A stretch of DNA of 64,000 nt from a virus (IMGVR_UViG_3300037076_000045:859-64858), one strand, 5' to 3'; counted from the first letter of the stretch, positions 45,535 through 54,783 are shown. Made by a program: numbers and translations. Notes: a model not told the origin generated them from the sequence alone.

Positions 45535-46107
45535 CTACTTTTTCGGTTTGGGAGAGTTTTTGCCGTGATTGAAAATTTTATTTGCGAACATTCTAGGGTC
45601 CACTGCTGGTGGGCCGACAAGCTCTAATTGATGCCGTTTCCGCTGGTATTCTGGATGCACGCCGGGTTCGCCTTGCGGCCCGACTCCGATACCGGCGATG
45701 TTGCCGCTGCCAGCGTTGTTCGTAGGTGCAGCGCCGCCTTCATCTTCTTCAAACTCATCCTCTTTTACGACTTTCTTCTTTTTTGGTTGTAAAGCAGGAT
45801 TCCACACTTGCTTACAATTTCCGCATTCCCGAAATGGCCCCGATGGTTTCACCTGTCCACTAACTTTACACATAGGACATGTTTCTTCTGTGATGCGCCA
45901 GTTATCCGACGCCTGTCCGCAATCCACACATTCTTTGAAGCCAGGATCGGGCGGCATCGCTTCCTGCAAATTTGGAGATCCACAATACGGGCACTGTCCT
46001 ATTGTACCATCCCGGACGCCTTCGTGGTACGCTTGAAGGCATTCGGCTCTGGTAAGGAACCTTTCGTTCAACTGTGCGTCTTTTCTAAACTTCTCGAATG
46101 TCTTCAC
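45535..46107 (-). CDS. Capsid-targeted-like protein with two zinc ribbons
   Basis: MKTFEKF...LNE leader; 4 CxxC; APTNN.G.G.IAG.G. Confidence 0.75.
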   Translation of the reverse strand: MKTFEKFRKDAQLNERFLTRAECLQAYHEGVRDGTIGQCPYCGSPNLQEAMPPDPGFKECVDCGQASDNWRITEETCPMCKVSGQVKPSGPFRECGNCKQVWNPALQPKKKKVVKEDEFEEDEGGAAPTNNAGSGNIAGIGVGPQGEPGVHPEYQRKRHQLELVGPPAVDPRMFANKIFNHGKNSPKPKK

Positions 46108-46666
46108 GGCTCACCACCACTACCTTTTTGGGGTAATTTTGAACTATCAGTTGGAACACTTCGATGCCCAAGATCTTCGTAATTGGCTTCAGATTCTTGG
46201 TTGCGATAACAATGGTTCCCTTTCGTAACTCGTCGCCCTTTGTGTCCAACATGTTATTTATGAGCTTGTACTTACCTTGCGATAGCATACTTTCTTCAAG
46301 GTATTGTTCTTCCAGGTATGTACTCTCCAATGCGTCGTTATCTTTCAAGTAACTCATAAAACTTCGTTCCATAATCAGTATGCCCTCTTCATCACCCATC
46401 TGCTCTCGTAGCAAAAACAATGCGGCTGCGTATGTTCCAATTTTTGATTTGCCACCAGGAATCTTCTCGATCAGGCGCTTGATATTGAAGACCAGCCGGT
46501 AAAACAGCGTGTATGCTTTCTGCTGTTCATCAGTCAGTTTGTCTGTGTGAATCTTCAGTTTGCCACTGGCATCAATCACACCCAGTTTGAACGCATCCGT
46601 TTCATCCCACGGCGTCACCAAAGTTCTGACGAAGCGGTAAACAATCCAAGCATCAAGCGGTCCCAT
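46085..46666 (-). CDS. Conserved T4-like late protein
   Basis: YRF...LVTPW....AFKLGVID..G; RLVFNIKRL; YAAALFLL. Confidence 0.85.
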   Translation of the reverse strand: MGPLDAWIVYRFVRTLVTPWDETDAFKLGVIDASGKLKIHTDKLTDEQQKAYTLFYRLVFNIKRLIEKIPGGKSKIGTYAAALFLLREQMGDEEGILIMERSFMSYLKDNDALESTYLEEQYLEESMLSQGKYKLINNMLDTKGDELRKGTIVIATKNLKPITKILGIEVFQLIVQNYPKKVVVVSREDIREV

Positions 46667-47059
46667 TTAGATACTCCGTAGCACTGCGATCAACCGTGCG
46701 TCGAGTGCGATGTCAGCCGATATAATATCAGCACCTTCGATCCCAATCACACGATCCGGCATGAAATTGAGAAATACAAGAAACGTCTTCAGAACCACCC
46801 ACAAATCCAATTCCAATCTCAGGAACAAAATCCTAGTGGCCGCTTCGACCCCGAATACGTTGTACAAGATGATAATGTGGTTCAGGATCAACCGTTCTTT
46901 CAATACGCCTTTCGTTTGGTAACGCTTAAACAAGCGCTTGATGTACTTGATCCTATCCAGATCTTCATTGAATTCTTGTACGCCACGACACGCCGGGTTG
47001 TCGTAATGCTTGATGGCATACAGAATTACGTTGTCGTTTGTGAGGTTGATGAACTCCAT
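46667..47059 (-). CDS. Conserved T4-like protein
   Basis: YAIKHYDNP.C....F.ED..R.KYIKRL; RLILNHII. Confidence 0.88.
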   Translation of the reverse strand: MEFINLTNDNVILYAIKHYDNPACRGVQEFNEDLDRIKYIKRLFKRYQTKGVLKERLILNHIIILYNVFGVEAATRILFLRLELDLWVVLKTFLVFLNFMPDRVIGIEGADIISADIALDARLIAVLRSI

Positions 47060-47365
47060 TTAGTTTGTGTAAAGGCGTCCGCTCACTGCCATATCGGAAG
47101 GCACTATCTTATCGTTTACGTCATCATCTACTTCTGTGAAGAGACGATCATCTATTCCAATCTGAGGTACTACGTCTTTTTCTGTCATGTCATAATCCGG
47201 TACTGCGTTAGGGATACCTGCTGTATCTATATCCTCTTTCTTTGACAGTTTCTTACGTAGCTTAGAAAAGGTAGGTTGCGTCTCAATAATTTTGTGAGGC
47301 TTGAGTTGAGGTAGGCGGCGAGTCATACCAGCCGAAATTTCATTCTCAGTGGTTACTTTTTTTTT
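47060..47365 (-). CDS. Probable frameshift-accessed C-terminal extension of 47353..48633
   Basis: Joined by the -1 frame at an A9 run: DVKKKVTTENE. Confidence 0.55.
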   Translation of the reverse strand, partial: KKKVTTENEISAGMTRRLPQLKPHKIIETQPTFSKLRKKLSKKEDIDTAGIPNAVPDYDMTEKDVVPQIGIDDRLFTEVDDDVNDKIVPSDMAVSGRLYTN

Positions 47366-48633
47366 ACGTCTGGCCGTGCCACTCTCCATTTCTTAGCATC
47401 ATCAGAGGAAAGCGAATTCACGTCTTTGATGTGTTTGGAAAGCGAAGAAGCACTGTTGCCATTACTTTGTTCAGATCCCCATGCTGGCGACCCGGCTGTA
47501 GAACCAACCGAGATTACATGCTGAGTCTTTGGGTGAACGTATGTGTGAACTCTTCCTCTTGGATCTTGATCGTGACTGGATTCGTGTTCGTAACCATGCT
47601 TTGTGAGAGTCGTGTGAAATGGATGGTTTGTATACGATCCAGTGCTATGGAATTCTTTGGCTTCAGCTACTTTTTTTTTAGGTTCCTCTGATTCACCAAA
47701 GCCGATTGCGCCCGGAGTTGTACCACGTTCGATAGTTGCATCAAGTGTGTAGACGCCACCAGTCTTTTGGTATGTGACTACGAGATTTAGGCCACCAGGA
47801 ACACGATCTTTGACACCATCATCCTGACTGATAAATGTGCCAGGATCGCCAAGCGCACCGAAGCGCCCACCAAACATGTTGATTGGAACTTCTGTTCTGC
47901 CTTGCTCACCTATTAGCATAATCTTCTTCAAGTCGAAGTTTACGCCGATCATCATGAGCTTCTTCCAAAGCGCATTCAACGGGTAATATGGATTGATGTA
48001 CTGGTGATTAGCAATGTCGTGGCAGTAAGCATTCAGCTTCTCCAAGATCTCTGGCTTCTCTACGGAGAATGCGGCAGAATCAACGTCATCTACTGCTTGT
48101 GGTGTTGCGATAGGAGCGACCTCTGGCGTGTTCCAGCCAACCCACTCCGTAATGTCCCTGTAAGTCTTCATTTTCTTCTCCGTAATTACCGCCCCTTGTG
48201 GCTCATAGTGCTGAACTGTCAATCGTGTCTGATCTGGATGATTGTAGAAATGATTTACACGCATGACGGTTTTGGCAATCATTTCCAATTCATGCTTTTC
48301 TCTGTTCCACACAACTACAACAGGAGAATTTACCTTGGTCGAGAGATCCGTAAGTACCGAATCAAATTTCTTCTCTGTGTCGGGAGTTACTTTCTTAGAA
48401 ATCATGGCACCGTATTTCTTGTAGACATCAGTAAAAATCTTGACAAGCTCGGTGGCCTGAATCTGTTTGCCGTTGCGTGGATCATTGACTCGTTCAAAAA
48501 AATGCTTGGTGAACTCGAAATCAATTCCCAGGTGTTCCCATACACCATTCAGATACTTCTCCACATGCCGAAGCTCTCCAGTCGATATCGGTTGGTCGCC
48601 CTCTTCCCGTAGTAATTGCCTGAATAGTTTCAT
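47353..48633 (-). CDS. Modular late protein, putative internal head polyprotein
   Basis: CTAAATA 7 nt upstream; MKLFRQLLREE leader; internal MKTYRDITE; His-rich module. Confidence 0.75.
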   Translation of the reverse strand: MKLFRQLLREEGDQPISTGELRHVEKYLNGVWEHLGIDFEFTKHFFERVNDPRNGKQIQATELVKIFTDVYKKYGAMISKKVTPDTEKKFDSVLTDLSTKVNSPVVVVWNREKHELEMIAKTVMRVNHFYNHPDQTRLTVQHYEPQGAVITEKKMKTYRDITEWVGWNTPEVAPIATPQAVDDVDSAAFSVEKPEILEKLNAYCHDIANHQYINPYYPLNALWKKLMMIGVNFDLKKIMLIGEQGRTEVPINMFGGRFGALGDPGTFISQDDGVKDRVPGGLNLVVTYQKTGGVYTLDATIERGTTPGAIGFGESEEPKKKVAEAKEFHSTGSYTNHPFHTTLTKHGYEHESSHDQDPRGRVHTYVHPKTQHVISVGSTAGSPAWGSEQSNGNSASSLSKHIKDVNSLSSDDAKKWRVARPDVKKK

Positions 48634-48650
48634 TCTCACATATTTAGACA

Positions 48651-48686
48651 AAAAAGAAGGGCGTCCTAAAACTTCATGGACGCCCC
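48651..48686 (-). terminator. Intrinsic terminator after the fibre gene
   Basis: GGGGCGTCC...GGACGCCCC-TTCTTTTTT. Confidence 0.88.
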
Positions 48687-48712
48687 GAAAGCATGTGCTT
48701 GTTGTACTTGTG

Positions 48713-51700
48713 TTAGTTGATTGTTATGCCTGTAGTGGTTGGCGCAGAGAATGTCAGCGTCAACGGGTTGCCAGCAGCATCTTTGATGGTCGTACCGGCA
48801 GCGAGAACAATCGGTGAGGTAACACTGAATGTCGTCGGAGCGGAAACGTCGGTCGAAGCAACTTGATAAGCAAAATGCAGCTTATTTGTGCCGCTTCCGC
48901 TAAAGTATCTTGCGGTGCCGCCAAGAACTGCGGTAAGTGTACGAGATCCGATACTAGCAATCGTCATCGTAGGAGCAGATGTGTATCCAGATCCCACGTT
49001 GGTGACAACGACTCCGGTGATATCGCCGCTGCCGTCTACCGTGACTATTGCTGCAAAGCCAGTTCCACCATGACCAGCATTGGTGACTGTGACAGGACCA
49101 GCAACGACTCCAGTGGTTGCCGATCCACCGATAGTTACTTCGGAGACGCTGCCACTGCTTGTCATTACCAACGGAACCGTAGCGCCGCTGCCATTGACTA
49201 CAAATACCGGCTTCGACGTGTTGAGTGTCAACGTGAAGAAATCTCCAGTATTGAAGGTTGTCTGCGTGATTACATCACCAAAACGATCATGCGTGATGTC
49301 GGCTGAAGAAACAGTCGGAGCCACACCGTCTACAGTGCAGCTTCCAGCAATTGCGCTGCCCATTACAGCAGTCAATGTGTTGTCTGTCAGTGCCGTCCAG
49401 AACGTAGTTGCTGTATCTGGCTGTTCGTTGAAGTTGGTTACGCCGCCGATCTTTACTTTGTATCTGGTGCCAGAATACAGAACAACTTGGCCAAGAGCGT
49501 AATTAGAAGCGCTACCAGACCATGTTGGTGGTGGGGCTACCACAATGGTTGGAGGGGTGGTATAAGAACCGGCATTGGTCAGAACTACTCCAATGATGTT
49601 TCCTGCGTTGTTTGCTCGGATTGTTCCGACTGCTACATTCCCACCCACCGCAGCGCCCGTGAATACGAGTGCTTGGCCGGTTTCATATCCAGTGCCAGTA
49701 CTTCCAACTGTCACGCCGGATACAAATTGCGAAGTATCAAATGTGAGAACTGGTGTCTCTGTTGCTGGAGTGAATGAAACCACAGCAGCACTGTAGATTG
49801 GAGTTGCAGGAGCTATCGGCAAAGTTGCAGTGTAACCGGAACCAGCCGATGTACCGGCAACAACAGCAGTGAAGGTCAATCCAGCGCCTCTACTTGGGCG
49901 AGGATATTTCACAACCGGGACACTATTGTAACCAGTGCCAGGGTCATCAATCACAGCAGTGACGGTCTGTGCCGTAATCGTTTCAAAGCCGTTGGCCGAA
50001 TTAGTTGTGACGGTATTGACAACATGAATGTGTGCCTTTGCATTACCCGTCAAACTGAGTTTTTCGCCTTCAATGTAGTTGTTGTTAGAAGTACCACTTA
50101 CATTGATAGCTGATACGTAGCCGTTCGTTGTGACCGCAATGACATGACCACGATCATCAATCGTTGCCGTTGCCAATGCGCCAGTTCCATCACCAGCGCC
50201 GACTGTTACAGTTGGGGCGACAGTGTAGCCGCTTCCTGGATTGGTTACTACGAAAGTGCCAAGTGCGCCGCTAAAAACTGCTGTTGCTGCTGCGAGTGTT
50301 CCGCCGTTCACCGGAGTGAAGACTACTGTTGCATCAGAATAGCCAGAACCTTCAGATTCTACCTGAACTGACTTGACAGTTTGCAAAGTGTAAATGGTTG
50401 CCGTTGCGGTTGCCGTTGTTCTAACCACTACGCCAGCGCCCAAAGTCGTAGAGACAGCAGTGGTAGCTGGATTACCAATTACAAGGCCAGGAGCAGCAGT
50501 GTAACCAGTGTTAGTTCCTGCGACCGTATAAGAAGCAATCGGGAATCCAAGAACTGCGGTAAGAGTTCTATTTGTGAGACCAGCAATCGTCAAACCTGGA
50601 GCCGATGTATAACCCGATCCAACGTTTGTGATTGTGATTCCGGTAATATCGCCACCAGCGCCAGTAACACTTGCTGCGAAGCCGGTGCCGCCATGACCTG
50701 TATTGTCAACAGTGACAGAACCAGGAGTTACCGTTGTATCTGCTGTTCCGCCAATAGTCACGTCGCAGACAATACCAGCAGTACCCAAAACCGGAGTGAT
50801 GGTTGCATTGGTGCTTCCACCACCGGATTGAGTAACCGAAGGTACCGATCTGTAGCCAACACCAGCAAGAACTGGAGTGACTGTGTTAACGGCATTGTCG
50901 AGTACTGCGAGTGCAGTTGCTCCCGTGCCTGTAGTGCTAGTGATAGAAACCAACGGAGCAGCCACATAGCCGGAACCGTTGTTGGTCATTGTGTAGCTTG
51001 TAACACCACTTGATACGACGCCGCTTGCTGCTGCGCTAGTACCAGTGCCGCTATCTACAGAAGTCCACGTTGCACCGCCACCAATCGGACTAGTGAATGT
51101 GATCTGCGATGATGTTGCCACCAAGTTAGAAGCAACTTGATAACGGAACAAAATACGATTCGTTCCCTTGCCATTGGCCGGAATTCCAAGAACTGCGGTC
51201 AAAGATGCCGGGGTTGCTGCGCCATAGGAAGCTACTGGTGTAAATGTGTTGCCAGAGCCATGTGAGGTTGCTGTTGCTGCGGTCGGTGCGCTGGTATAAC
51301 CTGTGCCACGATTTGTAAGAACAGCCTTGGTTACGTTGCCAGCAGCATTGACTACGATGTATCCGGCTGCGCCTGTACCACCGCCGCCGCCGAAGACCAA
51401 TCTGTCACCATTGAGATAGCCTGTACCAGAGCCACCAACTGTGACACTGACAACATGGCCGGTGTCTACAGTGACGGTCGGGGCAGAAGCATAGCTTGAG
51501 CCACCGGATGTCAATACGATGCCTGTGATTGCATTGCTTGCGCCAACGGCAGAAACATAGCCGCTTGCGAGACCAGGAACGTCATCATAGACGCCTGAAA
51601 GATTTGCATCGTTTGGAAATGTCTGATTTCCTTGTTGTCCGCTGCCACCAAAAATTAGCTTGTCGCCAACTTGATAATGCTGACCGCCGCCGCCAATCGT

Positions 51701-52084
51701 AATTGACGTGACCTTACCAGCAGAAGCGGACAGTTGATCTGTCGTATCTTGAAAGTAAGCAAAGGTAACGGGTGTGGTATTGATAGTTCCTGAAATTGAT
51801 GGCGGGCCACCAGACCATGTTACAGCTTCGCTGAACACAGCTTCCAGAACAATGTAATCACCAGCGGCATACGTAATGTCATGCCCAAGTTCTTGACTTG
51901 TGGTGAATTGACTCTTGTTGTTGTAAATTCCTAGTTTGACCAATTCTGAGGCTGCGCCTTTGAAGGTAGACAATCCTGTGACGGCAACATAAAGTTCGCC
52001 CGTTACTGGATCTGCCCAACCTGCTTCGGTTGCAACCGCATTAGGATAAAGAACTGGCGGTTGTTGATCGGTCCAAAGTGACAT
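48713..52084 (-). CDS. Large Gly/Thr-rich virion decoration or fibre protein
   Basis: About 10 GSGY..AP repeats, two Ig-like G.GTN.L.F.YQV domains and a CBM5/12-like module. Confidence 0.85.
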   Translation of the reverse strand: MSLWTDQQPPVLYPNAVATEAGWADPVTGELYVAVTGLSTFKGAASELVKLGIYNNKSQFTTSQELGHDITYAAGDYIVLEAVFSEAVTWSGGPPSISGTINTTPVTFAYFQDTTDQLSASAGKVTSITIGGGGQHYQVGDKLIFGGSGQQGNQTFPNDANLSGVYDDVPGLASGYVSAVGASNAITGIVLTSGGSSYASAPTVTVDTGHVVSVTVGGSGTGYLNGDRLVFGGGGGTGAAGYIVVNAAGNVTKAVLTNRGTGYTSAPTAATATSHGSGNTFTPVASYGAATPASLTAVLGIPANGKGTNRILFRYQVASNLVATSSQITFTSPIGGGATWTSVDSGTGTSAAASGVVSSGVTSYTMTNNGSGYVAAPLVSITSTTGTGATALAVLDNAVNTVTPVLAGVGYRSVPSVTQSGGGSTNATITPVLGTAGIVCDVTIGGTADTTVTPGSVTVDNTGHGGTGFAASVTGAGGDITGITITNVGSGYTSAPGLTIAGLTNRTLTAVLGFPIASYTVAGTNTGYTAAPGLVIGNPATTAVSTTLGAGVVVRTTATATATIYTLQTVKSVQVESEGSGYSDATVVFTPVNGGTLAAATAVFSGALGTFVVTNPGSGYTVAPTVTVGAGDGTGALATATIDDRGHVIAVTTNGYVSAINVSGTSNNNYIEGEKLSLTGNAKAHIHVVNTVTTNSANGFETITAQTVTAVIDDPGTGYNSVPVVKYPRPSRGAGLTFTAVVAGTSAGSGYTATLPIAPATPIYSAAVVSFTPATETPVLTFDTSQFVSGVTVGSTGTGYETGQALVFTGAAVGGNVAVGTIRANNAGNIIGVVLTNAGSYTTPPTIVVAPPPTWSGSASNYALGQVVLYSGTRYKVKIGGVTNFNEQPDTATTFWTALTDNTLTAVMGSAIAGSCTVDGVAPTVSSADITHDRFGDVITQTTFNTGDFFTLTLNTSKPVFVVNGSGATVPLVMTSSGSVSEVTIGGSATTGVVAGPVTVTNAGHGGTGFAAIVTVDGSGDITGVVVTNVGSGYTSAPTMTIASIGSRTLTAVLGGTARYFSGSGTNKLHFAYQVASTDVSAPTTFSVTSPIVLAAGTTIKDAAGNPLTLTFSAPTTTGITIN

Positions 52085-52106
52085 GTGTTTTTCTCCCTTT
52101 TACTTT

Positions 52107-52373
52107 TTACGGACGACGTGTCGTGAAAGTTTTGTATTCAGGGTTGATTACGATTTCCTCTTTCTTCCCTGACAGTTTCTCTTCCGGCTCATCTTCATCT
52201 GGTAAATTCATCGCTGATACAGAATCTTCAGCCACCAGATCTTCCTGACCTTCTGTATGAAAACAGCTACCTACAACTGCGCCACACGACGGACAGGACT
52301 CAAGAACATCTTGTGTCTCCACAATTTTCTTCGTTGCTTGTAAAAGCGATGTTGGTAAATCTTGGATGTTCAT
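52107..52373 (-). CDS. Small late protein
   Basis: TATAAATA 6 nt upstream; KLSGKKEEIVINP. Confidence 0.7.
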   Translation of the reverse strand: MNIQDLPTSLLQATKKIVETQDVLESCPSCGAVVGSCFHTEGQEDLVAEDSVSAMNLPDEDEPEEKLSGKKEEIVINPEYKTFTTRRP

Positions 52374-52436
52374 GAAAGTTATTTATAATCAAAGAAAAGT
52401 CGGGTTGCATCACCGTGGTGCATACATAGGATGTAA

Positions 52437-52877
52437 ATGCCTGATAAACTTCAGCAATACCGAAAAAAGGTGGCACAAAAACGCCATCTGTCGCCGCACT
52501 ATAGAGCACAGACTTTATTTTGGGCCGCACAACGAGCAGCCAAAAAGAACAACGAGCAATTCGATCTGGATGTACCCTGGATCGAGAAAAAGCTCGTTGC
52601 CGGGATCTGTGAAGTCTCCGGGATTCCGTTCGCCTTCAAATCTCTAAACACTAAACGGGGCGGCGCTGGCAGTCAGAATCCATTCGGGCCTACACTCGAC
52701 CGCACGATGCCACACAAAGGATTTTTGAAGTCAAACGTGAAAGTGGTGATATGGATGTATCACGCCGGAAAGCAGAACGTTTCTCATGAGACGTTTATGC
52801 AGCTTTGTAGAGCCTTGGTACGAAAGGAAATAAATACAACCGATGACCGCACAAATTCCACTTCAACCGTGGCCTGA
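52437..52877 (+). CDS. HNH-like endonuclease
   Basis: G.CEVSGIPF...PFGPTLDR....KG....NVKVV; paralog of 58932..59411. Confidence 0.75.
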   Translation: MPDKLQQYRKKVAQKRHLSPHYRAQTLFWAAQRAAKKNNEQFDLDVPWIEKKLVAGICEVSGIPFAFKSLNTKRGGAGSQNPFGPTLDRTMPHKGFLKSNVKVVIWMYHAGKQNVSHETFMQLCRALVRKEINTTDDRTNSTSTVA

Positions 52878-53385
52878 AGCAGCAGAAGATCTGTCTATCG
52901 AGAAGATCTATCAGAAAGCACACCAGCGTGCCAAAGAGCTTCTACCACGCTTCAAATCGCTCCTGGAACCCCACGTTCCAGCGGACAGCCGTCTCCTAAC
53001 GAATATCAAAAGCCAGTCTTCATTCGTCCGCAAAGCGAAGCGTAAGCCGGTACAAAAAATTCATGATGTTCTCCGGGCGGCGATTCTCACTCAAACCAAA
53101 GAGGAAGCCAAAGCGACGGCCCAAGCTCTGAAAAGATCTTTGAAGGTTGTCGAATTTGATTTCAAGAATCAGCCGGATAATGTTGCATCCGGCTACCACG
53201 GCGCTTACCACATCAAGATTTTGTTGGCCGACATGGTTTGCGAAATCCAAGTGATGACAGAAACTTTATGGGTGTACAAAGAACGCAATCACTCATCTTA
53301 TACGAATGACGAAGCAGAACACGATTCTTCTGTCAAGTCATTCAGTCATTGGTTGTACGATACCGCTAACAAAGAGAGCGCCTAA
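52843..53385 (+). CDS. Small alarmone synthetase (RelA/SpoT domain)
   Basis: IK...S..RK, IHDVLR, SGYHGAYH and CEIQV.T; ATAAATA 6 nt upstream. Confidence 0.8.
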   Translation: MTAQIPLQPWPEAAEDLSIEKIYQKAHQRAKELLPRFKSLLEPHVPADSRLLTNIKSQSSFVRKAKRKPVQKIHDVLRAAILTQTKEEAKATAQALKRSLKVVEFDFKNQPDNVASGYHGAYHIKILLADMVCEIQVMTETLWVYKERNHSSYTNDEAEHDSSVKSFSHWLYDTANKESA

Positions 53386-54275
53386 GCTACGTACATCGCT
53401 TTGCCAAATTTTCCGGCCATTGCCAGCAGATCTTTGATCGGCAAGTTCACTCGATATGTGTCTACTGAATAGTGCGGGTCACGATTCAACAGCGCCAGCC
53501 AACGATGATGTCCGTCAAAGACGTAATTGTCCTTTGAAACGATGAACGGCTTCGTAGATATCGTTTGAGAATTTTGCAAAGCAGAAACCTTCTTCGGGTC
53601 CACCTGATCGTTACCTTGAGCGCAGCGTAGCAAAGCGACCGGCATAGAAAGGAACTGCACTGTGATGCCCTGCCCTTCAAGCCAGTCGATAAACTCCATC
53701 GTGTTGGCCGCTGTGATCTGTGGCATCTGTTCACGTGTCATGTTTAGACTAGTCTGTGGCACGTAGACCGGCCCGCCGCCAAGCGTTATGTCGCCTATTG
53801 TGTATTCGTTGATCGACGTGTTTCCATTGGCTTTCACTTTCGTTTCCTCGCCCTGGAGAACAAGAAATGATGGTGGCGGCTTCAACTCATCGTAGTCGTA
53901 ATGTTCAGGAACTTGATACGACAGACTGATGTGCGGAATGAACGTAGGAAATTCACTCTTCCCGCCAAGGTTCATTGCTTTCTGCCATTGCTCTACAAGG
54001 GGGTCGGACTTGAACTGAACCACCAATGCTTGGTTCATCATGGCGATTCGATACGTCGCCGGATTGAGCATCACCAATGCAGGATCGACAGAATAACCAG
54101 GAATCTCCACCATTGACGCAATAACAGTGCAATGCAGTTCACTCGGTGGGATTGGATTTGGCACCCGATTCTCTTTCATCCACTCGTATAGGAATTCAGA
54201 GCTTTGTGGATTCAGCCTTCGGAATGTGTATAAGCCGGTGACAGATTCGGATATGAATTGAAGGTAAGTCTTCAT
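53382..54275 (-). CDS. Acb1/gp57B-like 2H phosphodiesterase fused to a ParB/Srx-like domain
   Basis: GLY...RVPNP.P..LHCT...PHISLSY; C-terminal P.IVSKDNYVFDGHHRW; leader MKTYLQFISE. Confidence 0.85.
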   Translation of the reverse strand: MKTYLQFISESVTGLYTFRRLNPQSSEFLYEWMKENRVPNPIPPSELHCTVIASMVEIPGYSVDPALVMLNPATYRIAMMNQALVVQFKSDPLVEQWQKAMNLGGKSEFPTFIPHISLSYQVPEHYDYDELKPPPSFLVLQGEETKVKANGNTSINEYTIGDITLGGGPVYVPQTSLNMTREQMPQITAANTMEFIDWLEGQGITVQFLSMPVALLRCAQGNDQVDPKKVSALQNSQTISTKPFIVSKDNYVFDGHHRWLALLNRDPHYSVDTYRVNLPIKDLLAMAGKFGKAMYVA

Positions 54276-54289
54276 CGTGGAGCCTACAA

Positions 54290-54781
54290 CTATTTAGTTG
54301 CGACTTCATCCTTTCCCCATCCTGGAAGGGAGCGGTATTTCACTGGAATGTTTTTGCTGTGCGAATGGTCGATTCCCAACTGCATACCAGGACTGATCCC
54401 CAAGTCATTATAGACCACAGTGTAGTCACTCACTTTCCTGAAAGCGAATCCAGCTTGAATACCATTTGTTCTCTCTTCTGGGTTAGTATCATCCAACACT
54501 TGAGTGTAGATGGCATGGCTGGCGAATGGCGCTTCACCACGCAACAGGCAGTCTCGTAGGGCCGCACGCAGGTACTTGAGGTTCCGGTCGAGATCTTCGT
54601 AGTTGTTGCCCTTGTACGGGCTCTCTACGATGACGATTGGGACGTACCGAAGAGGAAATGTTTGAGGCTTTGAGAGTGGATCTTGTCCATTCAAATAACG
54701 CCATAGATTTTCCATCTCTTCACATTCGGCGTCCCCGCATGTGCCTTTACAGCGGGGACGGATTGGTTGTTCGTTGCTCAT
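54290..54781 (-). CDS. Nucleoside deoxyribosyltransferase-like protein
   Basis: IVESPY.G...N..Y......GEAPFASH..Y...LDD..P.ER..G...GIS.GM. Confidence 0.7.
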   Translation of the reverse strand: MSNEQPIRPRCKGTCGDAECEEMENLWRYLNGQDPLSKPQTFPLRYVPIVIVESPYKGNNYEDLDRNLKYLRAALRDCLLRGEAPFASHAIYTQVLDDTNPEERTNGIQAGFAFRKVSDYTVVYNDLGISPGMQLGIDHSHSKNIPVKYRSLPGWGKDEVATK

Positions 54782-54783
54782 AC

